Below are positions 1 to 12,499 of a DNA stretch of 58,859 bases, one piece after another. Source of the DNA: Octopus sinensis. Taxonomy: Eukaryota. The stretch is from NCBI RefSeq assembly GCF_006345805.1, contig NW_021832283.1, forward strand, positions 1 through 58,859, written 5' to 3'. A model generated the notes under the pieces. The model saw only the letters and a program-made list of their open reading frames with translations. It made no database searches and had not been told where the DNA came from. Positions within the stretch are counted from its first letter, which is position 1. Each line of letters begins with the position of its first letter. Made by a program: the position numbers and the translations under genes.

Positions 1-60
1 GGAGATACGCAAGCTTTTGCTTCGTTTATTCCATGAGACGGATCAAGATAGGGGGAGCCT

Positions 61-127
61 GAGAAGAAAGAAGAAGAAGAAGAAGAAGAAGAAGAAGAAG
101 AAGAAGAAAGAAGAAGAAGAAGAAAGG
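61..127. repeat. (GAA)n microsatellite
   Basis: Direct reading of gaagaagaa... tract. Confidence 0.95.
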
Positions 128-315
128 GGAGGAGGAGTAAAATGAGGTTCTAGTGCGATGGGTTAGAGGGGTAGTCGTTTTGTTGGTTTTTTTTTTGTTT
201 TTTTGTGGTGGGGGTCTTATATTTCTTTCAGACACGTCTCTCTTTTTGGGGGTCATTCTCTGTTTAATCGAGCTGGAGATATTTAATTTCTTCTTCCTTT
301 TCTTGTTTTCTTCTT

Positions 316-357
316 TTTGTTTATTATTATTGTTGTTGTTGCTGTTGTTGTTATGAT

Positions 358-406
<49 letters not shown>
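316..406. repeat. compound (TTA)/(TTG)/(CTA)n microsatellite
   Basis: Direct reading. Confidence 0.9.
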
Positions 407-407
<1 letters not shown>

Positions 408-802
408 TTAACATTATTTTATTATGTGTAGGCGTATTAAAATAAATTTTTATCATCAGCCGTTTTAAATAATCAGGCAAAGAAAATTATGAATTATAAA
501 AGCGGGAAAGAAGTGTTTGTCAACAAGTGAAGTATGTGTAACTCGAAAGTCCAGTGATCATGTTATGTTCGCCAGTCTCATTTCATAAACCCTAAGTACC
601 AAGCATCTCATATTGCACATGCTGGAATATGTAGAAATAACATTTAAGTCCCTTCGCCCCCTAAACATCACACTATGGTAAATTTTACATATTTAGAACA
701 ACAAACGATTTTTCTACTATTTACCACTTATGTTACTCTCAACTATTCTTTTAGGTGAGCATGTACATACATGCAGTTTTATACCATCAATATATGTACA
801 TG

Positions 803-820
803 CGTGTGTGTGTGTGTGTG

Positions 821-865
<45 letters not shown>

Positions 866-900
866 TGTGCGTGGTGTGTGTGTGCGTGTGGTGTGTCTGC
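803..900. repeat. (GT)n microsatellite
   Basis: Direct reading. Confidence 0.95.
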
Positions 901-1172
901 GCGCGCGTGTGTTGTATTGTTCTATATGGAAGACTAGAATGAAATAAGTGGAGCAGGAGCGCATACAAAGACGGAAAGGGTCGCTGAAAAGGTCACAGAT
1001 GTGTGACAAAAGATTTCCGGACAATGGATATAAGATAAAATAAGAGCAGTAATAAACGAATGAAGAACGAATATGTAGTGCGTGTGTTTATTTGGCAAAA
1101 GGAAAGAGGGAAAATGACCATCCCGAAATAAAGCAGTAGTTGTTTCAACAGAACATCAGGAGTCTTGCAGCA

Positions 1173-1400
1173 TACTCTTTTACTCTTTTACTTGTTTCAG
1201 TCATTTCACTGCGGCCATGCTGGAGCACCGCCTTTAGTCGAGCAACTCGACCCCGGGACTTATTCTTTGTAAGCCCAGTACTTATTCTATCGGTCTCTTT
1301 TGCCGAACTGCTAAGTGACGGGGACATAAACACACCAGCATTGGTTGTCAAGCAATGCAAGGGTTACAAGCACAGACACACAAGCATACACGCACACATA
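1173..1400 (-). mobile_element. SINE family 1, 3' half only
   Basis: Matches the 3' half of copies at 1452-1872, 19123-19544, 55556-55932 (tactcttttacttgtttcagtcatt...gccatgctggagcaccgcc). Confidence 0.9.
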
Positions 1401-1451
1401 TATAAAAAGAAAAAGTATATATCTATATATCTATATATATATACTTTTTCT

Positions 1452-1659
1452 TTTTACTCCTTTACTTCTTGTTTTAGCTATTTGACTATTGCCATGCTAG
1501 AGCACTGCCTTTTAGTCGAAGGAATCGACCCCTGGACTTGTTCATTGTAAGCCTAATGCTTATTTTATCGGTCTCTTCTGCAGAACCGCTAATTTATGGG
1601 GACGTAAAGACACTAGCATCGGTTGTCAATCGGTGGTAGGGGACAAACACAGACACAAC

Positions 1660-1717
<58 letters not shown>

Positions 1718-1872
1718 GTACGACGGGTTTCTTTTAGTTTTCGTACTCACAAGGCTTTGGTCTGCCCGAGGCTATAGTAAAAGACACTTACCCAAGGTGC
1801 CTTGCAGTGAGATTGAACCCGGAGCTATGTGGTTGGTAAGCAAGCTACTTACCACACAGCAACGCTTGCGCC
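1452..1872 (-). mobile_element. SINE family 1 (tRNA head + CORE-like block + internal TA/TG microsatellite + CR1-type tail), near full length
   Basis: Minus strand begins ggcgcaagcgttgctgtgtggtaagtagcttgc (A box), has gggttcaatctc (B box) and caccttgggtaagtgtc (CORE-like); about 10 related copies in the window. Confidence 0.9.
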
Positions 1873-1954
1873 TATATATATATATGGTGCTATTGTTGTA
1901 TATAAACTCACAAATGCGCGCGTGCATATATACATATATATATATATATATAAT

Positions 1955-2715
1955 GAGACGGAATTTGGAAGACATGAGATTACTTATTGATCACTGCAAT
2001 TGTTTTGAATCACCTATCATAGATCCCTGGGGATGGTTCTAAACATTTGCTTTTGGTGTATCCATCGGTGTAGATGTGTCTCTTCAGGTGATATGACTCT
2101 GGTTGGTGAAAAGTCGATACGACTCTGGTTGGTGAGGAGTCGCAGATTCCGTTGCGTGGTTCACTGGGTCTGGCTGGTATGCTTATCGCAGTTATACAGT
2201 CATAAATACGGACATAAATACGGACAGTGTTTATGTGTATTGTTTGAATTCTAATGAAACAACCAATAGCATGTAGAAAGCATTAATGCTATGGTTAGGA
2301 TAACCAGTGTAAATTGACTTAGGCTTTTTGCGCTTTCAGTCGACGGTGAGAAATATTTATTGGAGAGACTCAAGTTGGTATTTTTCTCACTTTGAGCGGT
2401 CTACAATGGCCAAAGGGTATACCAGTGATGTTGGTAACTAGTGATGCATTATTTTTTTTAAGAATGGGGAGGCTGCGACTATTAATTCATGAACTTATGT
2501 AAAGTGCGGTTATTAATTTTTCGCTGCATCGTGTATCTGTTTATTTTTATGCAAAGTCCGAGGTGCTCGATAAAATCGATATAAATGCAAACTCTGCTAA
2601 ATTCAGAGAGGTAATATAGAATGACAAATGATAAAGACGAGGGATCGATGCTAGATAGGTCGAAACAATTGTAGTAATCAATAAAGATTCTTGTATATTC
2701 CATCTTCCGTTTCTC
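1955..2715. mobile_element. element bounded by ~75-bp diverged inverted repeats (MITE-like or Penelope pLTR remnant)
   Basis: 1955-2030 aligns without gaps to the reverse complement of 2640-2715 (ttattgatYactRcaattgtttYga...atRgatccct). Confidence 0.55.
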
Positions 2716-2796
2716 TCATTAATCAAGTAGCCAACGAACACTGACACAATGAACGTGCTTTACCGACAAAATAAGAGGTGTATACCATAACGATTT

Positions 2797-2900
2797 ATTA
2801 ACTAATAATAATAATAATATATTAATAATATAATAATAATAATAATAATAATAATATAATTTTTACATAATTATATATATTATATATATATAATATATAT
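2797..2900. repeat. (TAA)n then (TA)n microsatellite
   Basis: Direct reading. Confidence 0.9.
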
Positions 2901-4303
2901 ATTGTAATTATCCTTAAGACAAGTTTCAATCAAGTAAATCTATGATTAACGGTTTTCCGACCATGACATCGCACTTTTCTCTATATCAGCCCATTTAATC
3001 CGATTGATTCTTCTTCATTGTAAGAAAAAAAACAGTGCCTATTTTAATATAATTTTACTGCTATTTCTAGAAACTTTGGCAAGCACACAGGACTCCTTCA
3101 TTTGCTCTTTTTCTTCTCTCTATGTATTGAGTGTAATGTGAAAACAATCACCCAAAATAGTTGGTCCTCAATAAGATTGTCACCATCAGTGTTATGGCAA
3201 GTAAGTCAACCTAATAGAGCCTAACTCTATTTATGTTATACTCCTAAATATATATATTTGCAATAGGTTTACATTTTCATTTCTTAGCTATTTATTCTCT
3301 TCATCCATCTCGCAACTCACATCTCTAACGTCGAGCCTGCTCATGTCATTGCTTTCCTCTTTTTCTCTTTTTCTGTTTCTCTTTATCACCCCTCTCTTTT
3401 GTTCTTCCCGTCTTTCGTCCTGCATCTCTCTCTCTCTCTCTCTCTTTCTTTTGACCTTCCCCTTTTTAATTGCATATCACGTCTCACATCACTTCTTCAG
3501 TTTCCATTTTCCTCTTTTCTTGTTCGCATTGGAAAGGTAAAAAATCTGATATGTTACGTTCTATGTTCCTTACAGAATCTGAAGAAATTTACCTATATAC
3601 GTCAAAAGCAATATTCATTTCTGAAAGAAAATAATGAAATTCTTACCCTTATTAAGAAGTTCTACAACTGCTTATAACAATAAAATGTGATTTCATTTGT
3701 TATTTATGTACAGTTCAAAAGTCATTTAATACCTCAATCACGCTTCTGCAAACCACACTGCAGTTCTTTACCTACTGCATTTTGTTTTTGTTTTCCCAGT
3801 GTCTCTGGATAGTCTTCGATTCCTCATGAAATGTTGCACGCCAACGTGGCTCATGGTTTTCCTCGACTTTCTTCTCCCGTGATGGTTTTTGACAGACGAA
3901 AGTAACTCTGGTCAACCCGCTGTATCGATTCTTAAAAATAAAATACACTCTACGTCTAAAGTGCTTTAAATGTGTATCGACTGGTTTCGGTGATCAACAA
4001 GAGAGTTTAAACTACGGTAAATAGCAATCAAATCTACCGATTATCTGCCAACTACTCACATTCTGTATTCAGCTGCCCTCTCTTGGAGACTTCATTCTGA
4101 ACACTTTGTTTCAGATATAATCATGGAACAAAATTTTGTCGATCTTCCTGAAGCACATTCGGTGAAAAGCATTCGTCATTATCGTGATCTTTTGCAGTTT
4201 TATTCCTCGCTTTGCTTGATTATAATTCCATTTGTTGTGCGATGACATTGTGCAGGAATATCTGATGTTATGCGTTCGCCAAAATACGATTTGGAAAACG
4301 CTA

Positions 4304-4488
4304 TTTCTTTTTGCGATGATTAAGACACTTAAAGTGTCTTGATCATCGCAACAAACACTAATATGATACATCAATCAACCCCGGAACTTGAGAAAAGTCT
4401 TGCAGATTTTTACTGTTCCACTCACACTTCACACTTGTATGAATTAACCGATCGATTTCTCTTTCTGAGAATCCCAGTAAATCCAGAT
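4304..4488 (-). mobile_element. 185-bp duplicate of the APE-coding segment of Tx1 copy A, containing a 19-bp-stem hairpin
   Basis: Near-identical to 12140-12324; a shorter related piece lies at 5722-5785. Confidence 0.8.
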
Positions 4489-4929
4489 TCTTCTTTAAGC
4501 ATTTACTAACAAAACCTAGTTCTTTGGGCGATTTCCTTGGCCTTTGTCATCCCTACGATCATTTTGTGTTCGATTTTTTCGACGATTTCATCCAGGGCTG
4601 AGTTAGCTCTTTTAGACTATGTCTAGGTTCCAGCAATAGTGTCAGAGATGTGCAGATCAACCACCGCCCGCGCTATTTGCACATGATGTTACATTCTTTT
4701 CTGCCAATTTATTGTTTTCTTGAATTGAGCCAGTCATCAAAGTATAAAATAGGAGTGAAAATCGGCGTATGAACGGAATAAATCTGTGACGCATCAACTT
4801 TAACTGAATACATTGTACATATACAAAGTACTTAGCTCTCTACTCAGTCTCCTTCTCTCTGTCTCTCTCTCAGCAAGTGCACACATAAGCATGCGCGCGC
4901 ACGCTTACACATATGCGCGCACAATGATA

Positions 4930-5087
4930 GAGGGTGAGAGAGTGAGAGGGTGAGAGAGAGAGAGGGAGAACAAGCAGATAGACATAGACAGACAGACTGA
5001 CAGATAGATAGATAGATAGATAAATAGACAGACAGAAAGGCAGACACACAGACTCACAGGCAGACAGACACACAGACACACAGACAG

Positions 5088-5146
<59 letters not shown>

Positions 5147-5230
5147 ACGCAGGCATACATATATACACATACATACGTACATACATACATGCACTCACAT
5201 ACATACATTCACGCATTTATTCATACATAC
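4930..5230. repeat. compound (GA)/(GACA)/(GATA)/(CATA)n microsatellite
   Basis: Direct reading; pure (GATA)n at about 5089-5143. Confidence 0.9.
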
Positions 5231-5784
5231 ATGCATGCATAGATATATACATTTTTAATTTCAGTAACTTCTATTAGAGGTACAAATATTGAAATACTTT
5301 ACACATACTTACACATGCACACATACGCATAGATGCACATACGCACTAATACACGAGTATTCAAACTCATACACATACATAAGCACACTCACAAGCATGT
5401 ATACGATATATATAGTCCAAAAGTAAAGAAAACACAAAGACAAGGTAAATAAAGAACAAACAAGGTTATTAGTTTGACGCTCAGGAAAAATGGGAAAAGC
5501 CTTTGACATTTCAAACCTACGATCTTCGATTGAAGGGATAGATGAGTTGGGAGAAAAAAATGGTGAGAGAACAGATGGTCTGAACAAAACGGCGTGCATG
5601 TAAGTATGTGCCTCTTCTACTTTTTAATTATTATAGATCTTCCACTGAGGAGGGAGTCGGTTTCCAACAAAGATACAAAGCGCCATCTTTAGGATGTAGT
5701 TAACGCACAAAATTCACATTTGGAACTTGAGAAAAGTCCTGCATATTTTTACTGTTCCACTCACAGATTGCACTTGTTCAAATT

Positions 5785-5945
5785 ATGCATCGTGTCCTTG
5801 AGCAAGTCACTTTATCTCACGTTGATCCAGTCTACTCAAGTAGCAAAAGATTGAGTACTGCTGCGACAGACCGGCGTCCCGTTCAATGGGATGTATGTAC
5901 GCCAGAGAATCCAAGAAACCGGCCTTATGAACCAATAAGATAACT
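5785..5945 (+). mobile_element. headless CORE-type SINE fragment
   Basis: tgtccttgagcaagtcactttatctcacg resembles the MIR/CORE block tgtgaccttgggcaagtcactt and the copy at 7121. Confidence 0.6.
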
Positions 5946-6117
5946 CGGGAAGGAGTCTTATCTTACATATGTATTTGTGCGTGCGTGCGTGTGTACGTGT
6001 GTTGATAGACGAGATTTTATTAGCCTTCCGTTGACATAATTTATTACTCGCGACAATATAACTAAAAAAAGTGAGCTGACTATATCGTTAAATATTACTT
6101 CGTTCTATTGCTTTCAT

Positions 6118-6203
6118 GTATATATATATGTATATGTATATATATATATGTATGTATATATATGTAGATAGATAGATACATATATACATATATATACATC
6201 ATC

Positions 6204-6236
<33 letters not shown>

Positions 6237-6387
6237 ATATATTAATATATATATTTAAATATATACATATACATAAATATATACATACATACGTATTCAT
6301 ATATATATGCATAAATGTATACATACTACATATATATATATAATATATATATACATACATACATACATGCATACATACATACATACA

Positions 6388-6419
<32 letters not shown>

Positions 6420-6693
6420 CAAGAATTAGATATAAACACAAATTAGGCAATCATACTCATACAGTTATAAATTCGACTTAAAATGCGCATAAATATATTA
6501 ATACATATCGACATGGATATTTTTTTTAATATTTATAAAATATAAAGTATTTTCACGATTTTTAAAAATTTTATTTTTATTTATAAACAGCGTCCATTCA
6601 ACACGTTGAAGTTCAGCTTTAACTGCTCTTTCTCCCTCTCTTTTTGACTATGTATATATATACATATAAGATATAATATATATATATATTATA

Positions 6694-6746
<53 letters not shown>

Positions 6747-6885
6747 ATATATTATATATATATATATATAGATATTATATATAATAAATATATATATATA
6801 TTATATACATATATTATATATATATATATATATAATTATATATATAATATATATATATATATAATAAATATATATATACATACAT
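6118..6885. repeat. two (TA)n/(CATA)n tracts (6118-6420, 6648-6885)
   Basis: Direct reading. Confidence 0.9.
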
Positions 6886-6924
6886 AATCTGTCGCTATTG
6901 GCCCAGCGACAGATTAGAAAGATT

Positions 6925-7012
6925 TATTCTATTGGCTCTTTTCGCTGAACCGCTAAGTTATGAGGACGTAAGCTCAATAACACTAGTTGCTGAGCTGTAC
7001 TGGTGAACAAAC
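6925..7012 (-). mobile_element. SINE family 1 internal fragment
   Basis: ttctattggctcttttcgctgaaccgctaagttatgaggacgtaa matches the family body. Confidence 0.7.
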
Positions 7013-7120
7013 ACACACACACAAACACACAATCACACACGCGCACACACACGCACACTTGCACTCACACACACTCGTACTCATACACACACGCACAAAC
7101 ACACACACACATATATATAT

Positions 7121-7446
7121 GTGAATGCGCATGGCCCAGTGGTTAGAGCGTCGAGTTTACGATCGTGAGGTTGTGAGTTCGAATCCCGGACCGGGCTGCG
7201 CGTTGTGCTCTTGAGCAAGACACTTTATTTCACGTTGCTCCAGTTCACTCAGCTGTAGAAATGAGTTGTAACATCACAGTGCCAAGCTACATCTGTCTTT
7301 GCCCTTCCCTGGTGGCGTGGAGAGGAGAGGCCAGTATGCATGGGTGACTGCTGGTCTTCGATAAACAACCTTGCCGGACTTGTGCCCGGAAGAGTAACTT
7401 TCTAGGTGCAATACCACGGTCAGTCATGACCGAAGGGTTGGTCTCA
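7121..7446 (+). mobile_element. SINE family 3: tRNA-derived CORE-SINE
   Basis: tggcccagtggttagagcg (A box), gagttcgaatcccgg (B box), then ttgtgctcttgagcaagacactttatttcacg...ctcagctgtagaaatgag similar to CORE. Confidence 0.8.
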
Positions 7447-7463
7447 GTAGCATATATGTATAT

Positions 7464-7495
<32 letters not shown>

Positions 7496-7506
7496 ATATA
7501 TAATAT

Positions 7507-7669
7507 GAGTGGCTGTGTGGTAAGTAGCTTGCTAACAAACCACATGGTTCCGGGTTCAGTCCACTGCGTGGCATCTTGGGCAAGTGTCTTCTGCTATAGC
7601 CCCGGGCCGACCAATGCCTTGTGAGTGGATTTGATAGACGGAAACTGAAAGAAGCCTGTCGTATATATG

Positions 7670-7700
<31 letters not shown>

Positions 7701-7787
7701 ATGTGTGTGTGTGTTTGTGTGTCTGTGTTTGTCCCCCTAGCATTACTTGACAACCGATGCTGGTGTGTTTACGTCCCCGTCACTTAG
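7507..7787 (+). mobile_element. SINE family 1, 3'-truncated
   Basis: gagtggctgtgtggtaagtagc head, gggttcagtcc B box, internal TA/TG tract. Confidence 0.9.
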
Positions 7788-8359
7788 ATGTGCAGCAACA
7801 TCTGATAGGCTGGTCGGTCACGGTGATCACGGTGATATATATGTGTGTGTGTGTGTGTGTTTGTGTGGTTGTGTGTGTGTGTGTGTGTGTGTGTAGGTGT
7901 GTGTATGTGTAAATAATGTAAATAATGTACCTTGATGAAATAATTATTAGTTGAATACTAAGGTTGATGTAATCGACTTACGTCACCACCCCGCCCTGAA
8001 ATTGCTGGCCTCGTGCCAGAATTGGAAATCAATATCTTTCATTAATAACAGTTAATGAATTTAAGCGGTATGCACTAATTTGCAGGAAAGAGAATACAAA
8101 TGTAGAATTTATATTGAGCAGATTGAGTACAGTCAAGTTAACGATGTAAATTGCCAGAACTGGTGAATAACAGTCAACAATTCTTTTGAATAAATCTGAA
8201 CAAATTTAGTGCGGAACAGAAAAGAAAATACAACTAGTAACAATGAATAATCTTAGAGAATGGCAGTCAATAATTTTTAATGGTTAATAGCCAGGAGTTT
8301 CTGTGAATAGCATTTAACAGTCCTAATAAGGGACAGTGAAGAGATGTAGTAAATAATAT

Positions 8360-8562
8360 TTTCTTTTATAGGCACAAAGCCTGAAATTTCGGAGGTTGAC
8401 TGCATCGATTTCAGTTCTTAACTGGTACTTATTTTATGGACCCTAAAAGGATCAAATACAAATTCGAGCTTGGCGGAATTTCAACTCAGAACGAAAACAC
8501 GGACGAAATACTACTAAGCATTTTGCCTGGAGGGGTAACGATTTTGACAGCTCGCCGCCTTA
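8360..8562 (-). mobile_element. SINE family 2 (ggcggcgagctggcagaa head)
   Basis: Reverse complement matches 18223-18426 including the gaaatttcagg...gtgcctat tail. Confidence 0.85.
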
Positions 8563-9022
8563 AAAACATGTAGTAATTAATATTCAAAATTTACGGAATG
8601 TCAATCAAAATTTATGGTGAGAAAGAGTCAATATATTTCGTTAACATTCAATATGCTAACGAATTTCTGGGTAACAGCTGAAAATTCTTATGTAACGATT
8701 GAAAATAATGTAACTGACTGTCGAAAAAAAAATAGTTAACGAAGAGTTTCAATCAACAAGTTTAGTGAGTAACAATAAAAAAAATCGTAATGAGCGGCGT
8801 CAATAGTAATAGTGTGTAACAGTTAATGGATTTAATGAGTAGCATTCCATCAATTTAATGACTCGTCTATCTGCTGAGTAACAATTCAACAAATTTATTA
8901 AGTCAAAAAATTTAGAGAGTAATAACCAGCCGATTTAATAAGCAACGGTCAACAAGTTTAGTCATTAAACTCCAAATGATTTAGCATTTAAAATTAAATA
9001 AACCCGGTATTTAACAATTAAT

Positions 9023-9373
9023 GGATCGTGGCACACCGTCAGTTACGACGACGAGGGTTCCAGTTAATCCGATCAACAGAACAGCCTGCTCGTGAGATTA
9101 ACGTGCAAGTGGCTGAGCACTCCACAGACATGTATACCCTTAACGTAGTCCTCGGGTAGATTCAGCTTGATGCAGAGTGGGACAAGGCTGGCCCTTTCAA
9201 ATACAGATACAACAGAAACAGAAAGTTATGATGAAAGAGTACAGCAGGGTTCGCCTCGTGGAGCTTTAGGTGTTTTCGCTCAATAAACACTCACAACGCC
9301 CGGTCTGGAAATCGAAACCGCGATCCTACGACTGCAAGTCCGCTGCCCTAACTACTGGGTCTTGCGCCTCCAC
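9023..9373 (-). mobile_element. SINE family 4 (tRNA-derived head)
   Basis: Minus strand gtggaggcgcaagacccagtagttagggcagcgg...ggtttcgatttccagaccggg shows A/B boxes followed by a ~270-nt body. Confidence 0.75.
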
Positions 9374-9579
9374 AATTAATAGATATTGTAAGTGGCAATC
9401 AAGGAATTTAATGAATGCATTCAACGAATTTAGAGATTAGCTTTCAATGAATTTGGAGAGTGTCAGTGAACAAACCTAGCAAGTGTCAACCAGCAGTCAT
9501 AGTGAATGAGATTCCAAAGGCTTTGCAAACCAGGAACATTCATTAAATCTAGAGAGAAAAAGATACTGGTAGAGTTGGA

Positions 9580-9815
9580 TGGCTTAGTGATTAGGAGTGA
9601 TGAACTCATGATAATGAGATTGTGGTTTCGATTCCTGGACTGGGTGATGTGTTGTTTTCTTGAGTAAAACACTTCACTTCACGTTGTTCTACTCCACTCA
9701 GATGGTAAAAGTGAATGATGTGATGAAGTTTCGACTGGTCTGGGAAACTGGCGATGGATGGTGGGTCGGCCTAAAGAAACAAACGAAAGGAAACTTCTGG
9801 GCTCATGAGCCATAG
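9580..9815 (+). mobile_element. degenerate tRNA-headed CORE-type SINE
   Basis: ggcttagtgattagg...ggtttcgattcctggactggg then ttcttgagtaaaacacttcacttcacg. Confidence 0.6.
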
Positions 9816-9840
9816 GTCTACCATGGTTGGTATTTTCTTT

Positions 9841-10059
9841 TTATCCTTTTACTTGTCTCAGTCATTTGACTGCGGTCATGCTGGAACACCGCCTCTGGTC
9901 GAACAAGTCGATCCCAGGATTTATTCTCTGTAAGCCTTGTATTTATTCTATCGGTCTCTTTCGCCGAGCGCTAAGTTACAGGGATGCAAACACACCAACA
10001 CCTGCCGTCAAGTGATAGTAGGGAGACAAACACAGACACACAAATACATAATACATACA

Positions 10060-10095
<36 letters not shown>

Positions 10096-10098
10096 TAT

Positions 10099-10148
<50 letters not shown>

Positions 10149-10310
10149 CGTATAATATACGTATAATATACGACGAACTTCTTTCAGTTTCCGTCTACCG
10201 AATTCACTCACAAGGCTTTGGTCGGCCCGAGGCTATGGTAAAAGACATTTGCCCAAGATGCCACGCGGTGGAACTGAACCCGGAACCAGGTGATTGGGAA
10301 GCAAGCTTCT
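9841..10310 (-). mobile_element. SINE family 1
   Basis: Tail, body, internal (CATA)/(TA) tract and B box all match the family. Confidence 0.9.
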
Positions 10311-10664
10311 TTATTTTATAAATTGGCTATGGAAGCCGTACATAGATGGGACAAAGAAGGACAGACAAACAGAGAGGGTGAAGAAGTCGGTTATTACGAA
10401 TGAAACAGTTCCGAATGATAAAATATAAATGTCATGCTGTTAAAAAAATTTTCTCTTTCTTTTTAAAAATTTCTGCATAAACTTGATGATCATTGCAAAT
10501 TTTGCAATATGTGACTGAAGGAAAGGCATCCAACCGCCAGGTTCGAACCTTTACTTTTCTTTCTGGCCCCACTTACCTGGTTCCAGTCACTAGCAGCTTG
10601 TTTACAGATCATTCGGCACCCACCCCCCCAAATGCCACCAACTTCCACAGCAATGGCTCAAGAG

Positions 10665-12465
10665 CTAATACATAAAAATCGGTGACAGGGGATATCCCTG
10701 GCGTACTGAGCGTTCAATAGTGAACGGTTTTGAAATAAAACCGTTCACTCGGACGTTAGACACGATGTTGCTGTTCAAAGCAGCAATCCAACCGCAGAAA
10801 GTCGGGCCCAACCCAGCCTTCCCGAGGATCGCCGCCATGTACCGATGGTCGACTCTATCAAATATTTTAGACTGTGCCCCATCTTTGCCAGAAATTTTAC
10901 TAACCTTCTCTAAGGAGAAGCGTATAAGATGGAGACTGTCGTGAATTGTCCTACACGGGATAGTGCAAGTTTGTCCACACAAGTCTGTCCACGCAAGTCT
11001 GTCCACGACATGCGCTAACCTTTTTGCCAACACCTTGGCCAAAATATTTAACTTTGTGTTTAGCAGAGTTATAAGCCGAAAATTACCTATGATATCCCGC
11101 TTGCTCGTATCCTTTTTTATCAATCTCACCACACCACGGCTCGCAGATCTGGGAATTCTTCCATTCTGCAGCCAGTTGGCGTAGACGCTCACCAGTAGGT
11201 GCCCAAACAAGTCTGGCATACTTTTGTAAGGTAGACCATCAAGATCCGGTGACTTGTCCCCGGGGCACTTGGGTAGCGCCTCGATCACTTCAGCAGATGT
11301 AATTGGCCCCTCACAGCACTCAGCTTCTCGTGCCGAGAGACGCGGGTCACCAGCCACGAAGTCCCGAGGGGCCTCACCATGGTCTAGCGCCCCACTCCTC
11401 CCGAACAACTCGGTGAAGTGCTTGTAAAGCACCTCACACATCTCCTCCTGTACTTTGACCAAATGTTCAGTTTTGTCAATCAAAGACCTGATTACGGCAT
11501 CGTTACCACGCTGGGTCTCTACTGTACGGGCCCATCCGGCAACATTAATTCCCTCGGGGCCTAATGCACGTACCCTACATCCCTCATGTTCGGCTTTGAG
11601 GTGACGGTCCAAGGTCGTCCTCGCTGTCAGAATTTGGGATGTAGAGCCCAATCTCAACGCCTCTTCTGAAGCTTTAAGTAGGTTCCCTTCTATTCTAGCC
11701 TTATCTAAACTTAACTGACGGCTAAATCTAATCGACTCTAAACGTATGATTCTGTTTTGGGCAAACCACCACCAGTTATTCACCACAGTGCTGGTTAATG
11801 TCCTTTTCACTAACTCCTTAATCCGGCTACGGTATGCCTCACAAATCAAAATAGACTTGTTCAGCTTCCAGTAGCCGGATCCCTGTCTCTGGACACTATC
11901 CATGTTCAGCCTGCACTTAACCCTTTTATGGTTAGTGTAGGCGACTTAAACACATTGTAGACAGCTAAAGCTAGACTTATCTCTAATCCTTATAACTATT
12001 CTGTCTAAGTAAGACTGGAGCTTCCCGTCACCATTAATCCAGGTCAACACTGGGACTTTCGGGTGCTCAAGTATGTAACGGTCTGCCAGCTGGAAACGCT
12101 TAAGTAGATCGATGAGGCGTGAGTTAACACTCCTACCAGTTTCTTTTTGCGATGATTAAGACACTTAAAGTGTCTTGATCATCGCAACAAACACTACTAA
12201 GATACATCAATCGCACCTGAAACTTGAGAAAAGTATTGCAGATTTTTGCTGTTCCACTCACACTTCACACTTGTATGAATTAACCGATCGATTTCTCTTT
12301 CTGAGAATCCCAGTTAATCCAGATGGTTTGAAGCCTAACCAGTTTGATTTCTGTAGCAACCATCACATGTATATCATGTGACCTGAAGTCATCGAGGAAA
12401 CATGTTTGCTTCCACTTCGAGCTCAGATCAGGCACATTTAAATAACCAAGGTTAAGCGTTGTCAC
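10665..12465 (-). pseudogene. Tx1 ORF2 (APE + N-terminal RT), disrupted
   Basis: ORF track 12280-12465 and 10665-11903: GSGYWKLNKS, NFRLITLLNTKLNILAKVLAKRL, FDRVDH, VRQGYPLSP; about 55 codons of APE deleted; no YADD region retained. Confidence 0.9.
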
Positions 12466-12499
12466 TTTAAGAAAAAGTAAAGGTTCTACTTACTTTTTC

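Larger units (their letters stand above)
8040..9520 (+). repeat. decayed 23-bp minisatellite, block 1 (interrupted by SINEs)
   Basis: Units resembling gaacaaatttagtgattaacagt recur at about 23-bp spacing, e.g. 8198-8290 and 9420-9490. Confidence 0.6.

Noticed and set aside
452-462. Other CTGATGA occurrences on the minus strand (about 455, 20005, 54775)
   Set aside because: No stem II plus GAAA arrangement follows
4111-4303. Extension of APE homology beyond the 185-bp duplicate
   Set aside because: Similarity to copy B APE fades after KRNSVFQIV; not supportable by eye
7121-7200. tRNA genes at SINE heads (also 1800-1872, 9290-9373, 17771-17850)
   Set aside because: A/B boxes are present but the acceptor stem and cloverleaf are incomplete and each continues into a SINE body
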